From the NCBI GenBank assembly GCA_951406725.2, contig OX597825.1:19902001-19966000 (forward strand): a stretch of DNA of 64,000 nucleotides, given 5' to 3'. The notes below the pieces were generated by a model. The model did no database searches. It saw only the letters and a list, made by a program, of their open reading frames with translations, and was not told the DNA's origin. The stretch comes from Octopus vulgaris. Its lineage: Eukaryota. Below, one piece after another: positions 52,260-64,000 of the stretch (within the stretch, counting starts at the first letter, position 1; each line of letters opens with the position of its first letter). The position numbers and the translations under genes are program-made.

Positions 52260-52945
52260 ATTTAGTCGAATGTATCAATCCCAGTATCCTTAAGCCTTTT
52301 ACTTATTCTAACTCCTTTGCCGAACCGCTAGGTTGCGGGAACGGAAACACACCACACCCGATTGTCAAATGGTGATGAGAGGGACAAACCCCCTCACACA
52401 CATACACACATATAAAACAATAAGGAATGGAGCAATAATAACAGTCAGAATTAGATCGTTGGTGTTTTAAAGACATTTAATAACGATGAGAGAATGTTTA
52501 CAGTGGTGTCAATATATCAAGCTGAGGGTAAATTTACATTTACCTCGTTGAACGATTTTGTGGCAAAGATAAATAGAAGGAAGTAGGAAGAAGATGCAAG
52601 GAAAGGAAACGAAGAAAGAGGTTATCTTTGCCATATAATTATGCTGATGATGTCTATTTATTGTAACTAGGTAAATGTAAGTTTACCTTAGCTTGATATA
52701 CTGAAACGGCTGTAAGCATGCTTTCATCGTTATTAAATAACTTTAAAACACCAATAATCCACTTCTAATCGTTATCATTGCTCATTCCTCAACTTTTTTA
52801 TATATATTAAACCACGGTTTTACCTTTTACATTACTTACGTAACAAGGATCATACATACTGAGGTAATACCATGACTGTCCTTGGATACATATTCCCCTT
52901 AGAGGGTTTACATTACATCTAACTTATATGTTACACCATACATAG

Positions 52946-53014
<69 letters not shown>

Positions 53015-53115
53015 TGCTTCTTTCAGTTTCCGTCAACCAAATCCATTCACAAGGTGCCATGCAGTGGGACTGAACCCGGAACCATGTCGTTGGGAAGCAA
53101 GCTTTTTATGGCAGA
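52260..53115 (-). mobile_element. SINE family B split by an insertion in its internal microsatellite
   Basis: 3' half at 52260-52390 and 5' half at 53013-53115 (cagtgggactgaacccggaaccatg). Confidence 0.65.
52411..52803. repeat. Degenerate fold-back element (arms of about 150 bp)
   Basis: ttggtgttttaaag/ctttaaaacaccaa, tttaataacgatga/tcatcgttattaaa, tatatcaagct/agcttgatata and tggcaaagataa/ttatctttgcca occur in mirrored order. Confidence 0.85.
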
Positions 53116-53400
53116 GTCAAGTGTGTATGTCTTTGTTCCCCATCATCGCAGGTCCTGGGAGGGATTTGTTCGACTAAACCCTTTCAAGGCTGTGTGCTTC
53201 AGCAAGGCTCGGCCAAATGATTGAAAGACGTAAAGAAATAAAAGTATATATATATATATATAAGAATAAATAAATTTTCAAACATATATGTATGTATAAA
53301 CTATAGATATATATGTACAAATGCACACACACACTTACACATATATTTATAGGAAGAGAGTGAGAATCTGACAGATAGATAGATAGATAGATTATTTCTC

Positions 53401-53525
53401 TCATCCTTTGGGGGTTGATAAATAAAGTACCAGTTATGCATTGGGGTCGATGTAATCGACTTAATCCCTTTGTCTGTCCTTGTTTGTCCCCTCTATGTTT
53501 AACCCTTTGTGGGCAGTAAAGAAAT
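53401..53525 (+). mobile_element. SINE family A 3' half (tail1)
   Basis: tcatcctttggggg..aagtaccagtta..gtcccctctatgttt..gtgggcagtaaagaaata. Confidence 0.85.
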
Positions 53526-54446
53526 ATATATATATATATATCGCCCGTTATACATTAGTTGTGGAGTTGAAGTGAGTGAGAGATGAAGTAAGAGAGAGAG
53601 GGAAGAAGAAGAAGTGAAGAAAGAAGAGAGAAAGAAATAGAGAAAGGAGATTAGTATTAATACACGATTAATATTAATACAAATAGTCACGTGCTCAGCT
53701 GAATATAGAGACGAAGAAAGAGAGAAAAAGACGACGAGAGAAAAAGGATAGAGAAGTGTTAATACGGTGCGGTGGGTTGAGGAAGGAATACTTATTACGT
53801 AGTTTAAATGTTAGTTGAAGGGAAAGGTTGACAGAGAAATGGAAGTGGGAGGCAGTTATGTTGAGAAAGGGAGGGGAGAGAGAGAGAGAGTGGCATATAG
53901 CGGCAGTGGTGGTGGTGGTGTGGTGCGTTGATATTGAAAAGTATTTTCTTTGTCTGAAGAAAACTTTTTTATAGCAACCATCGCATAAGTATAAATTATT
54001 TAACGTTTACTGCTCATTTAAAAAAAATGATATTCGTTTGTAATGGTTATTATACACTAAGACTCTGGGTTCGCAAAAAATTTAGTTGGAAGCTGCCCCA
54101 GAAAGGATGCGCAGATATGGAACAGATATAGATGAAAGAGAAGCATCAAGAAGATATAATAAAAAAAAGGGAAAACACAACACCGATCGAAATGAATGAG
54201 GAACGGAAAGAATATTTAAAGAAAGCTAAACTATGAATGCTATAAAACGCAAATAATCTTTTCTTTCTGAGATAGGTCCTCTTATATTTTTCCATTCCGT
54301 GGATTTCACATGGGTCTTGCTAATAGTATAGGAAGATATAAAGCAAGAAACAAAGGAAATTTATAATTCCATGAAAAGAATGGTAGTTCTAAACTCACAA
54401 GCATCAAAACTAAACGCAACTTTAAATTTTTATCGAATCTAATAAA

Positions 54447-54849
54447 GGGATGTTTTCGGTTTGAAAGGCAGTTTTTAACATAATTTCTAGGTAACTAAAA
54501 AATTTAAAACTTCGTATACTGGTAGAATGTGTTTATAGAACATCTTTTTCTCTTGGCTTTATTGAGAAAATTCTATAGTTTGTAAGATATTTGTTGTTTT
54601 TTTCTTCAATTTCTGAAATTTCAACTAATCACTGACGTACATTGAGGTAAAAAAAAACATTCTGTGCCGTATGAATATGTCCCTTGTTTAAGAAACAGAT
54701 TGGGTTTATTTACATTTGTGAAGAAAAAAAGATACCCTTCCCCCCACCCTAACCCTAAAACAGATTGAAATGCAATAGATCGATACTAGGGTCATATTTA
54801 TGGGTGACAATTTCATATGACACCGCTAGAAAAAAACTGCCGTTCAAAC
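54447..54849. mobile_element. MITE copy 2 (same family as 9775-10177)
   Basis: Near-identical 400 bp; the right TIR aaaaactgccgttcaaac is truncated. Confidence 0.88.
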
Positions 54850-56279
54850 TTATGATTGCAGTTAACTTTTCACAGTCAGTTTCCAGCTCCTGTTATAACT
54901 AAGCCCTCTCGTTGTCGCTGAAATAAATCGAAAAAATATTTCCGATATCGGCTGGCCGTGCTGTTACACCTACTTCCTTCGCTCTGTGTTTAACTTCATA
55001 TAGTCAAACACACAACATGAATTACAACGTCTCACCATGGTGTACAGCGACAGTATGATTGTAGGTCATTTTTGTCTCCTCTCAACAAGTTAATTATCAG
55101 TGTATGTGAAATTAATTAATTAGTTCTGACAGGTTGTAATCAAATTGCCTGAAACTTTCCGTTGAAACTTTGTCATCTTCAGACGACAGATCCCGAAGTA
55201 TTGCTCGTGTAAACCAGTCGATTTCAGCATCATTTATAGTTATTTAACTTTACTTACACTTAGGACAAACGTGGATGTTGCTAGAACTTTACATCGGGTT
55301 CAATGTTGTCTCCAGAGAATCAGAATTCATATGATTGAAGAAAACATTTCCAACAGTTTATAAACAATTTTGATATCGAATTGCAAATTTAATTCTCGAG
55401 TGGTTCAAATTTCAATTCATGTCCTTAAATGTTCTTTATGTTTCATTCACTCTCACACCAATTGTTTAACGCAAACAAATTGAAATTATGCATTCAAAGG
55501 AACTCCATAAATGTTTGCTATTTATTCATCCTAAGGGATAATTAGTAACTTCTTCGTGAAATTCTAGTCTTATTTCTTGCTTATATTTACACGTAAAATT
55601 AAATGCTATTGAAATATATTCACAATAAGGTTTTCACTGTATAATGTGTTAACAAACTTTACAAACTTCTGAAAAATGCTTTAACATGTTGTGCATTATA
55701 TATGTAGTTAGTTATCGGCTACATTTAAAGTACATAAGCCAAAAGATACGTTGGAATTTTCAAAATGTCGAATAGCTAAGGGATTTGTTTCTCTACATTT
55801 GAAGTTTCTCCGATAATCATAGAAGTACATTTAAATTAAAAAGCAGTTAAGTTATATGATGTTAATGATTTAGTTGGTCATAATAGGTCCTGTTTGGACA
55901 ACAAGCGTAGATTTAGTCAAAAAGAGATATCCCAAGATTTTCATGTCGCAGAAACATTTATGCACTGAAATCTTAATCTATAATCTATAACTCGGAATCT
56001 ATAATCTATAACTCTTCATTCACTTCCAGTGAAAACTATCCTTGGAAAATATGAGAAAACTCTTCGTCTGAAAACTGTCCAAGTGTACACAATTAGGTTT
56101 ATTCAATCGTCTCGAAATCCAATGTACAAAGTACGGGCAAATAATATACAGTAGCAATTACGAATCATGCAAATGAATAACACGTACCAATAACAAATAA
56201 ATGAAAATAATAAAACTATTGACTACGCCTACCTTGCATACTATGTCAGCCTCAATAGTGTTAGAAACCAATAATATTT

Positions 56280-56510
56280 ATTTCTGTACTACCCACAAGG
56301 AGCTAAACACAGAAGGGACAAACAAGGACAGACAACCGGATTTAGTCGAATATATCGACCCCAGTGCGTAACTTGTACTTAATTTATCGACCCTGAAAGG
56401 ATGAAAGGCCAAGTCAACCTCGGCGGAATTTGAACTCAGAACGTAACGGCAAACGCAATACCGCTAAGCATTTCGCCCGGCGTGCTAACGATTCCGCCGG
56501 CTCGCCGCCT
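56280..56510 (-). mobile_element. SINE family A (tail1)
   Basis: Full head, core and tail on the minus strand. Confidence 0.92.
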
Positions 56511-56601
56511 TTATTGTGTGATATTTCATTCTCCCACAGTTTATAAGTGGCGCGAAAGATAGAGTTATACGTAAACAACCTTGCCTTTGCAAGTGTGTTT
56601 G

Positions 56602-56810
56602 AGGTAGCGAGCTAAGAGAATTGTTAGCACGCCAGGCAAAATACCTAATGGCTTTTTATCTGTTTTTAGGTTCTGAGTTCAAATACCACTAAGGTCGATT
56701 TTACCTGTCATCCTTTTGGGGTCGATAAAATAAGTACCAGTTGAGCACTGGGGCTGATGTAATCAACTTACTGCCTCCCCAAAAATTGTAGTCCTTGTGC
56801 CAAAAATTTA
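56602..56810 (+). mobile_element. SINE family A (tail2), diverged
   Basis: ggtagcgagct..ttctgagttcaaat..ggggtcgataaaataagtaccag..ccttgtgccaaaa. Confidence 0.85.
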
Positions 56811-57842
56811 TTTCATATAATTTGCCACAAGAGCATCACACAGATGGAAGCTTTGCGGGCTGGACATGATGGGAGAAGACGAAAAGCGCCCGCCGACTTT
56901 CGCTTCCCCTTGTGCCAAAACTTGAAACCAGTGTATTTCTGCTACGTATTTTATTAGTCCTAGGAATTATGGAAGCCCAGCGTGGTCAGAACTGTGTTCA
57001 AATAATCTTTTCGTCGAAAACGCATCGTAAAGTAAAGAAGAAATTTATTCGTATTTTTTCCACATCCGTGTCTTCATATTATACGTTAGTATGTTATAAA
57101 TTAATGTATTAAAAGTAGACACATTCTGAAATAGACTAACTTATAGAACGATACTCATAAATTTCACAAGTATTTGTCATAGGTTTCGTATAAATAAACA
57201 GTGAAAGTTTATATATAAGTCCCTGAAGTAGTTTCATTCGTTTCCAACAATATTATTTAGTCATATTGTGTTGACATGCCTCGAAGTCATAAACTCTATG
57301 AAGGATATTTAACAATTCACAGCGCTGCCATCACCTGAATGTGAATATTGATATAAAATCATTTTGTTAACTTGAGCTCTAATTTATATTTACTGGCAAT
57401 ATTCACTCGCTTGACGAAATCTAACACGACATTTCGGGTCTAGTGTAAGGTATCAACTATTCATGAAATGATAATATTTAAAGCAAAATAACATAGGTAT
57501 AATAGTGCAGTCGATTGAATTATTAATATTTCAATCCACTGGAGGGGAAGGTGAAAACAGCGACACATTTTGACACGCAATTCACCACCGTATACTTCTA
57601 AATAAGGTTAAATCGATTACCGTATTTCTCAGGATTTGAAACTTGTGAAGAACTGATTATGTTATATGTCTAGTGTATTCCTGTTTGCTAACGTAAGGTA
57701 ATCTGAAATAAATAAACATAGATCTGTGAATTTCACCGACATATTTTAGAGAACAGTTGTATATAACACATATACGACAATGGAATTATTCCTATCTTCA
57801 AACTCTATCTCCCATTATTGACACAACCATCACAAGATGAAA

Positions 57843-58423
57843 GGTGGCGAGATGGCTGAATCGTTAGCTCACCGGGCGAAATGCTTAGCGGTATTTCGTC
57901 TGCCGCTACGTTCTGTGTTCAAATTCCGCCGAGGTCGACTTTACCTTTCTTCCTTTCGGGGTCGATAAATTAAGTACAAGTTACGCACTGGGGTAGATGT
58001 AATCGATTTAATACCTATGTATGTCCTTGTTTGTCCCATCTATGTTTAGCCCCTTGTGGGTAGTAAAGAAATAGGTATTTCGTTTGCCGCTACGTTCTGA
58101 GCTCAAATTCCGCCGAGGTCGACTTTGCCTTTAATCCTTTCGGGTTCGCTAAATTAAGTACCAGTTACGCACTGGGGTCGATATAATTGACTTAATCCGT
58201 TTGTCTGTCCTTGTTTGTCTACCCTGTGTTTAGCCCTTTTTGGGTAGTAAAGAAATAGGTATTTCATCTGTCCTCACGTTCTGAGATCAAATTCCGCCGA
58301 GCTTCACTTTGCCTTTCATCCTTCCATGGTCGAAATATCAAGTACCAGTTCCGCACTGGGATCGAGCTAATCGACTCACTCCCTCTCCAAAAATTTCGCG
58401 CCTTGTGCTTTGAGTAAAAAAGA
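57843..58423 (+). mobile_element. SINE family A trimer (tail1, tail1, tail2) with 14 bp TSD atcacaagatgaaa
   Basis: Units start near 57843, 58074 and 58258; both junctions read aaagaaata|ggtatttc. Confidence 0.93.
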
Positions 58424-58744
58424 ATTATCACAAGATGAAAACGACGGTGCCAATTGAAAAGTTATGTATGTTTCGAGATTAACAGCACTACTTAAATAAG
58501 TCAACATCAACATAGATGAACGTCTTGTTCTCTTATAATTCATTACCAACTACTCTGATATGATATTACTTGATAATTAAATGAGGTAATCCAAACCTGT
58601 TTATGAAAACTCTTACTGAAGTTTGATATGCTTCAATTATTGATTTCTGTTGGTTTGATCGAACTTATGATTATCGTTTCTAAACCTCCAACTTACCCTA
58701 GGAATACTTCATTCAGCACATCATTATTATTAATTGAAATAAGT

Positions 58745-58935
58745 CGGCGAGCTGGCAGAATCGTTAGCACGATGGAATATGTTGCTTAGTGATATTTCGC
58801 CTCTCGCTACGTTCTGGGCTCAAATTGTGCCGAGGTCGACTTTGCCTTTCATCCTTTCGGAGTTGATTTAATAAGTACCAGTTACACACTGGATTCGATG
58901 TAATCGACTTAATCCCCTCGCCCCCAAAAAATCTG
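58745..58935 (+). mobile_element. SINE family A monomer
   Basis: ggcgagctggcagaatcgttagcac..gcctttcatcctttcgg..gtaatcgacttaatcccc. Confidence 0.88.
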
Positions 58936-59249
58936 AAATCATTATTATTATTTGAAATATTTCTGAAAATTGCTTGGAGGAAAACAAAAGGTTTGAAATT
59001 ATGAAAAGAGGTAATAAAATATAATTTAGATAAGATATGTTACTTAATGGAAGTTAACATAAGTTATCACATTATATATATTACTTATTTTCTATTAAAT
59101 TGCAAAATATAAAATGCAAGTATAAATCCTGCTTTGTATATTTAGTTCATATAAATGTGTGTGGAGAGAGAGAAAGAGTGTGCAGTGAATATACTGTCTA
59201 AATTACACAAAAATGAAAATAACACTGACATCTCATTTTAATAGATATA

Positions 59250-59882
59250 TTTACCAAAGTTTCATCTTTGGTGTTACAAGGAGTTTTGTTGGTCTCTCGC
59301 TCAACAGCACCCCACAAAAATAATTGAGTGGGTTACAGCCTGGGGTGTTAAAGTGGCCAAATGTTAGGGATGATGTGGTCTCAGAAACTGTCTGACAACC
59401 ATGTTTCGGTTCTCTTGCTTGTGTGGCATGGTGCTGATTCTTGTGACTAGACGTAGGGTGTTCCAGCAGCCACCCTCTTGACCCTGATCAGTACTATCTC
59501 CTCCTGGCATTTGATGTAGGCCTCCGTGTTAGAGTCTGAAGCCGTGTGGGCAGATGAATGGGAGCATAACGTCGCCATCGCTAGTAAACACTCCAAACAC
59601 CATGATATTGACTGGAAGTTTGATTTGTATCACTATCGATACATGTCCTCAGATTGATACCCAAACACACTGAAATATTTCTATTTGGGCTTCCGTTGCA
59701 AATGACAAGCACTACAGCATGCCGTTTTAATATTTCTAGCAGAGTGAATTACGTCGTAGCGTGTTTACTTCACAGACAGTTCCTAGATGATCCTACTATA
59801 CTGTGTAGTCGACTAAATCAAAAACTAGCCACTGAGCGAAAGTACAAATATAAAATGGCGACAATTTGCATACCTCACCTGT
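59250..59882 (-). mobile_element. maT (DD37D) Tc1/mariner-superfamily transposase relic
   Basis: Minus: PVNIMVFGVFTSDGDVM.PF..HG.RLN.EAYI..PYV..Q(E)SAPCHTSKRT..WL..WP.N.P.CNPL(N)Y..WGAVERETNK. About 37 residues lie between the decayed second and third catalytic positions. Confidence 0.85.
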
Positions 59883-60024
59883 TTATATATATGGGTTAAT
59901 GTTTTACCGGGGACAGTTAGTGCTGCAACCTACATTTGCTTTCAGATTAAGAGAAGGAGACACAGTTTGTTAAGAAATAGAAGTGGGGTGAGTGTTCCCT
60001 TTAAGAAGAGAGTACCGCTTCAGG

Positions 60025-60122
<98 letters not shown>

Positions 60123-60147
60123 AAAACATACAAATATAAATATGTTA

Positions 60148-60196
<49 letters not shown>

Positions 60197-61048
60197 CATT
60201 TATATATATATACATATAGATACACACACGCATGCACATGCGCGCGAGAACACACACATACATACACGCATGCACATGTATCTATAGCCATTCAGAGTAA
60301 CTAGTCACGTGAACTCTATAATAGTTGCAAGGTGTATTTACTTGCATGAAGCTCGTGTTTCACGCTGTCGTTAATGGAAAACAGTGTTTTGAACAATTTC
60401 CTTAGTAGACAAAGACCACGTGGGGTGGCTGCATTGCATCCTCGCGTGACCCTTAGGTATTTTGTTAGTTTTATTGTTCGAATACCTATTGAAGTAGTTA
60501 CGTCTGTGAGAAAACTGTTGGTGAATAACTAGTACGATTTTTTTTTCTGCGTACAACTTCAATGTGTAGAATAATAATTTGATTTCAAGGCAAAAAAGAA
60601 AATGCAATCTTCAATTCAGTAAACCGTCACACACACACACGCACACACAGCATCTATAAGTTTGTTTATATATATATATATATACATATATACACATACA
60701 CACACACATATATATATATACACACATATATATATATATACACATACACACATATATATATACACATACACACACATATATATATATACACATACACACA
60801 TATATATATATATACACATACACACATATATATATATATATACACATACACACACATATATATATATATACACATACACACATATATATATATACACATA
60901 CACATATATATATATACACATACACACACATATATATATATACATACATATATACATATACATACATATATACACATACACACACACATATATATATATA
61001 TATACACATACACACACACACATATATATATATATACATACACACGCA
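60025..61048. repeat. (CA)n/(TA)n tracts and a higher-order (TA)n-CACATACACA minisatellite (60665-61048)
   Basis: Direct reading. Confidence 0.93.
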
Positions 61049-63669
61049 TAATTTTAATCGGAAGAACTTACAAAGTGACTCCCAGAATATTCATGACTGC
61101 TGTATGCTGTGTACAAGATTTTCGTGCTTTGTGTTATTTTTAACTTCCCAATTCAAAATATAGACAAAACATATATGCCAATATTTCGAGTTCTATTTAT
61201 CTTGTCTTTACTAACAAACGTATATACACAAACATTATATATATATACTCACGCGCGCACACAGATAGCTGCATACGTATATAAAAGATTGCACTATTAT
61301 AAGTACAGACGTTCTCTTTCCCCGATGTGTAGCATAACCCAGCATTTGCAACCCTTATTTATCCCAATTTTCAAATGTAAGAGAGACTGTGAAGTTGTAT
61401 CGAGACGCAAATTAATGTACTTGATAACTGTATCTTCCCTTACATACATTCCATTCCCCTCAGCAGTTTAAGATAATGTCATACATTCTCTATATACAAG
61501 CCTGATTGTCTCAAGAAGACAATTTTGGTTCGCTCTTTAATCGTCTGCTGCCTATTACATTGTGGTGGCGGAAACGAAATGATGCATTTCTTTAGATTGT
61601 GATGTGAGATTTGTGAAACGATCACTTTTAATCAACTATAGATAATTGTAGATAAGCTTAATGTTGTTACAGTTGAAATGCATGTGATATACTTGGCAGA
61701 GAAATGCATACTTAATGGTGACACGTAAGACCTAACCTGTTAATTATTGTCGGTGGATAAACCAAATTCTCTCTCTTTTTCTATTCCTTATTTTGTGAGA
61801 GAAATGTACCTTGAACGATGTTTTCCGCCGAAATACGGCTGAACATTCGCGTTATACGTTACTTTCGAAATTTTCTTGTCTTCTATGAGGTTATTTACTG
61901 CTATGTTATGTATGCATTCTTTCAACATGTTCGTCTTTATATAGAAGTAACCTTGTTACAGAACACATCTTGTTTAAACCCAACATTTATCAGATGTTAA
62001 GCTAAATGTCATTTTCAAATTTCGTCCTCATTATATGTTTATCAGTTTGCCTGTAAATGTACGAGTTCAAAAAGGCATTTATGTTATAGAAAGCACCCAA
62101 TATAATTCAGAACCTTGTAGGTTAATTATTGTGTAGAAAATATTTAAACGAGGAGTGTGATTTTAAGCAATTGAAGAATTGTAGATCCCATGAAAACGTC
62201 TACACTGAAATTCTGGTATTCATAGTAAACAGGTATTTTTATCACTGACATTTGTAAATGCTAGCTCACATTGAAAGAAGGTGACAGATTTGCTGGTTTC
62301 ATCATCGACGGCTGGATGATACGTTTCTAGTATCAGATGTTTTATTATCAAATCATTGGCCTAAGAGTAATAGAGAGGTGGATTACAGACGAGATCGTTG
62401 AAAATGATTTCAAGATTGGAAATCCGTAAATTCAGAGAAGCTTCTCGAAGACATGAAGAGGTCACCTGCTGCATGATATTTGACTTTTGCTCAGTATCAG
62501 CCTACCTAATATTCATTTACCCACTATGTGTTCATCGATTGTTATAAAAGTTGTTTGGCTATTTATTATTCGTGGGATCGAATCTGGAACAATAATTTTG
62601 CAAAATGAAATTTATAAACACACTCATTATTATAAAAAATACCTCTTTTATAATTATTGAAATAAATTACCAAAAAAAAATATAAATAAATAAATAAGCT
62701 AAGCCGATTTATGAAGCGGAGAGTGATTTATCTGAATACTATATACGACAATATGAATAATTGACGACAAAAATATTAATACAAAAGATAATGTTATTTA
62801 AAAATAAAAATCGTGAATCATTCATAATTTCTGTTCATATTCTGAATTTAATTTTTCTGCTAATCGGCTAAACTGTCTTCTAGTAGGCTTAGAATTAATT
62901 TTTGCTAGTGTCGTCACACAGACGTAGGATTTGCGTTTATACTAATACGCATAGGAAAACTCTTGCATGATGCATTTTTTAAGTTTAGCGTTTAAATCCT
63001 CTTGAAGTGATTTTTCGTTTTGATTCTTATAGAATTGTTTCCAACTTAGATCAACCCGGCTTAAGATGATCTACGGTCAACGATAACTCAGGCCACAACT
63101 TTTTGTATTTGTCTATATGTACGTCTATATTATTTAACATTAGTTAACATTTCCATCCTTCATTTGAGGTGATAGGTTTTAATTTGGGATTATTTGGGTC
63201 TTTCCCAAGTATATTGAGTGACTGTGTGCATATGATAGATAAGTTTCCCTCATACCACACAGTACTTTAAGAAATATGTGAGGAACATAATGAATATTAA
63301 AAGGAAAGTGTTGTCGCTGATATACACACACAAAAAAAATCAGGATGGTTAAGGCTGATATGCCTCAGGGATTTCGTCTTCTTATTCATGGTCAACATTG
63401 GGTTAAAACTACAAATCTAGAAATATAAGCAAATGGGAAAAGCTTAGTTGTCCCTTCCTCTTTGGCGGTTCATCAATACATGTTCCTCCTGTATTGGGTT
63501 TAGCGAAATGTATTATGGAAATGTGATACTAGCATGTTACTGTTAGAGTACCCGAATCGACAGCACGCGTGGCAATCAACTTAATTCGTTCAGTTACAAA
63601 TATTTCATTTACAATTCAAATCTCGCCGTGGTTATATTTGTAAATAAATAAAATAAAAAATATAATAAC

Positions 63670-63910
63670 TGCGCCCTTTTAAAGCCTAGCCAGGCTCTTG
63701 GGCCCGGTTTCCCGGTTTCAATGGCGTATGTGTTCCCCAGCTGGATGGGACGGCAGTCCATCGCAGCATTACTCAATTTTGTCAGCTGAGTGGATTAGAG
63801 CAACGTTAAATGAAGTGTTATGCTCAGGAACACAACGAATTGCCAGGTCCAGGAATCGAAACCACAATCTTACGATCTGACACCCTAAACTCTAAGCCAC
63901 GCGCCTCCAC
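63670..63910 (-). mobile_element. SINE family D copy with 13 bp TSD atttgtaaataaa
   Basis: Homologous to 41990-42238; the TSD lies at about 63636 and 63911. Confidence 0.9.
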
Positions 63911-64000
63911 ATTTGTAAATAAAGAAGTTATATACTGCGAAACAATTAATCGTTCATGCCGTGAAGTCATGACTTTGAATTAATCAATAAATATGTAACT

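Noticed and set aside
53560-53930. Strongly purine-skewed tract
   Set aside because: Low-complexity GA-rich decay with no definable structure or function.
54740-54760. Telomere-like ccctaaccctaa
   Set aside because: Only two units, internal to a MITE; not an interstitial telomere.

Overview
AT-rich, repeat-dominated eukaryotic DNA. The SINE repertoire and the extreme (TA)n/(CA)n/(TACA)n/(GATA)n load look like an octopus (cephalopod) intron or intergenic region; this taxon call is inferred from the repeat content, not verified. I found no convincing host protein-coding gene, tRNA, rRNA or CRISPR array. Most entries in the ORF track are microsatellite translations and the rest are mainly transposon fragments. 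Supported elements are decayed: an R4/Dong-like RLE LINE with an internal fold-back inversion, three Penelope-like remnants, an L1/Tx1-clade LINE 3' part, CR1-type fragments, several mariner/maT relics and MITEs, and more than 25 copies or fragments of about five tRNA-derived SINE families. The most interesting pattern is SINE family A. It carries two alternative 3' tails, one of which resembles the 3' end of the Tx1-like LINE in this window. It also repeatedly forms head-less tandem multimers joined at the same base. Several long palindromes and two weak exon candidates are noted. Coordinates were read by eye and may be off by a few to tens of bases.
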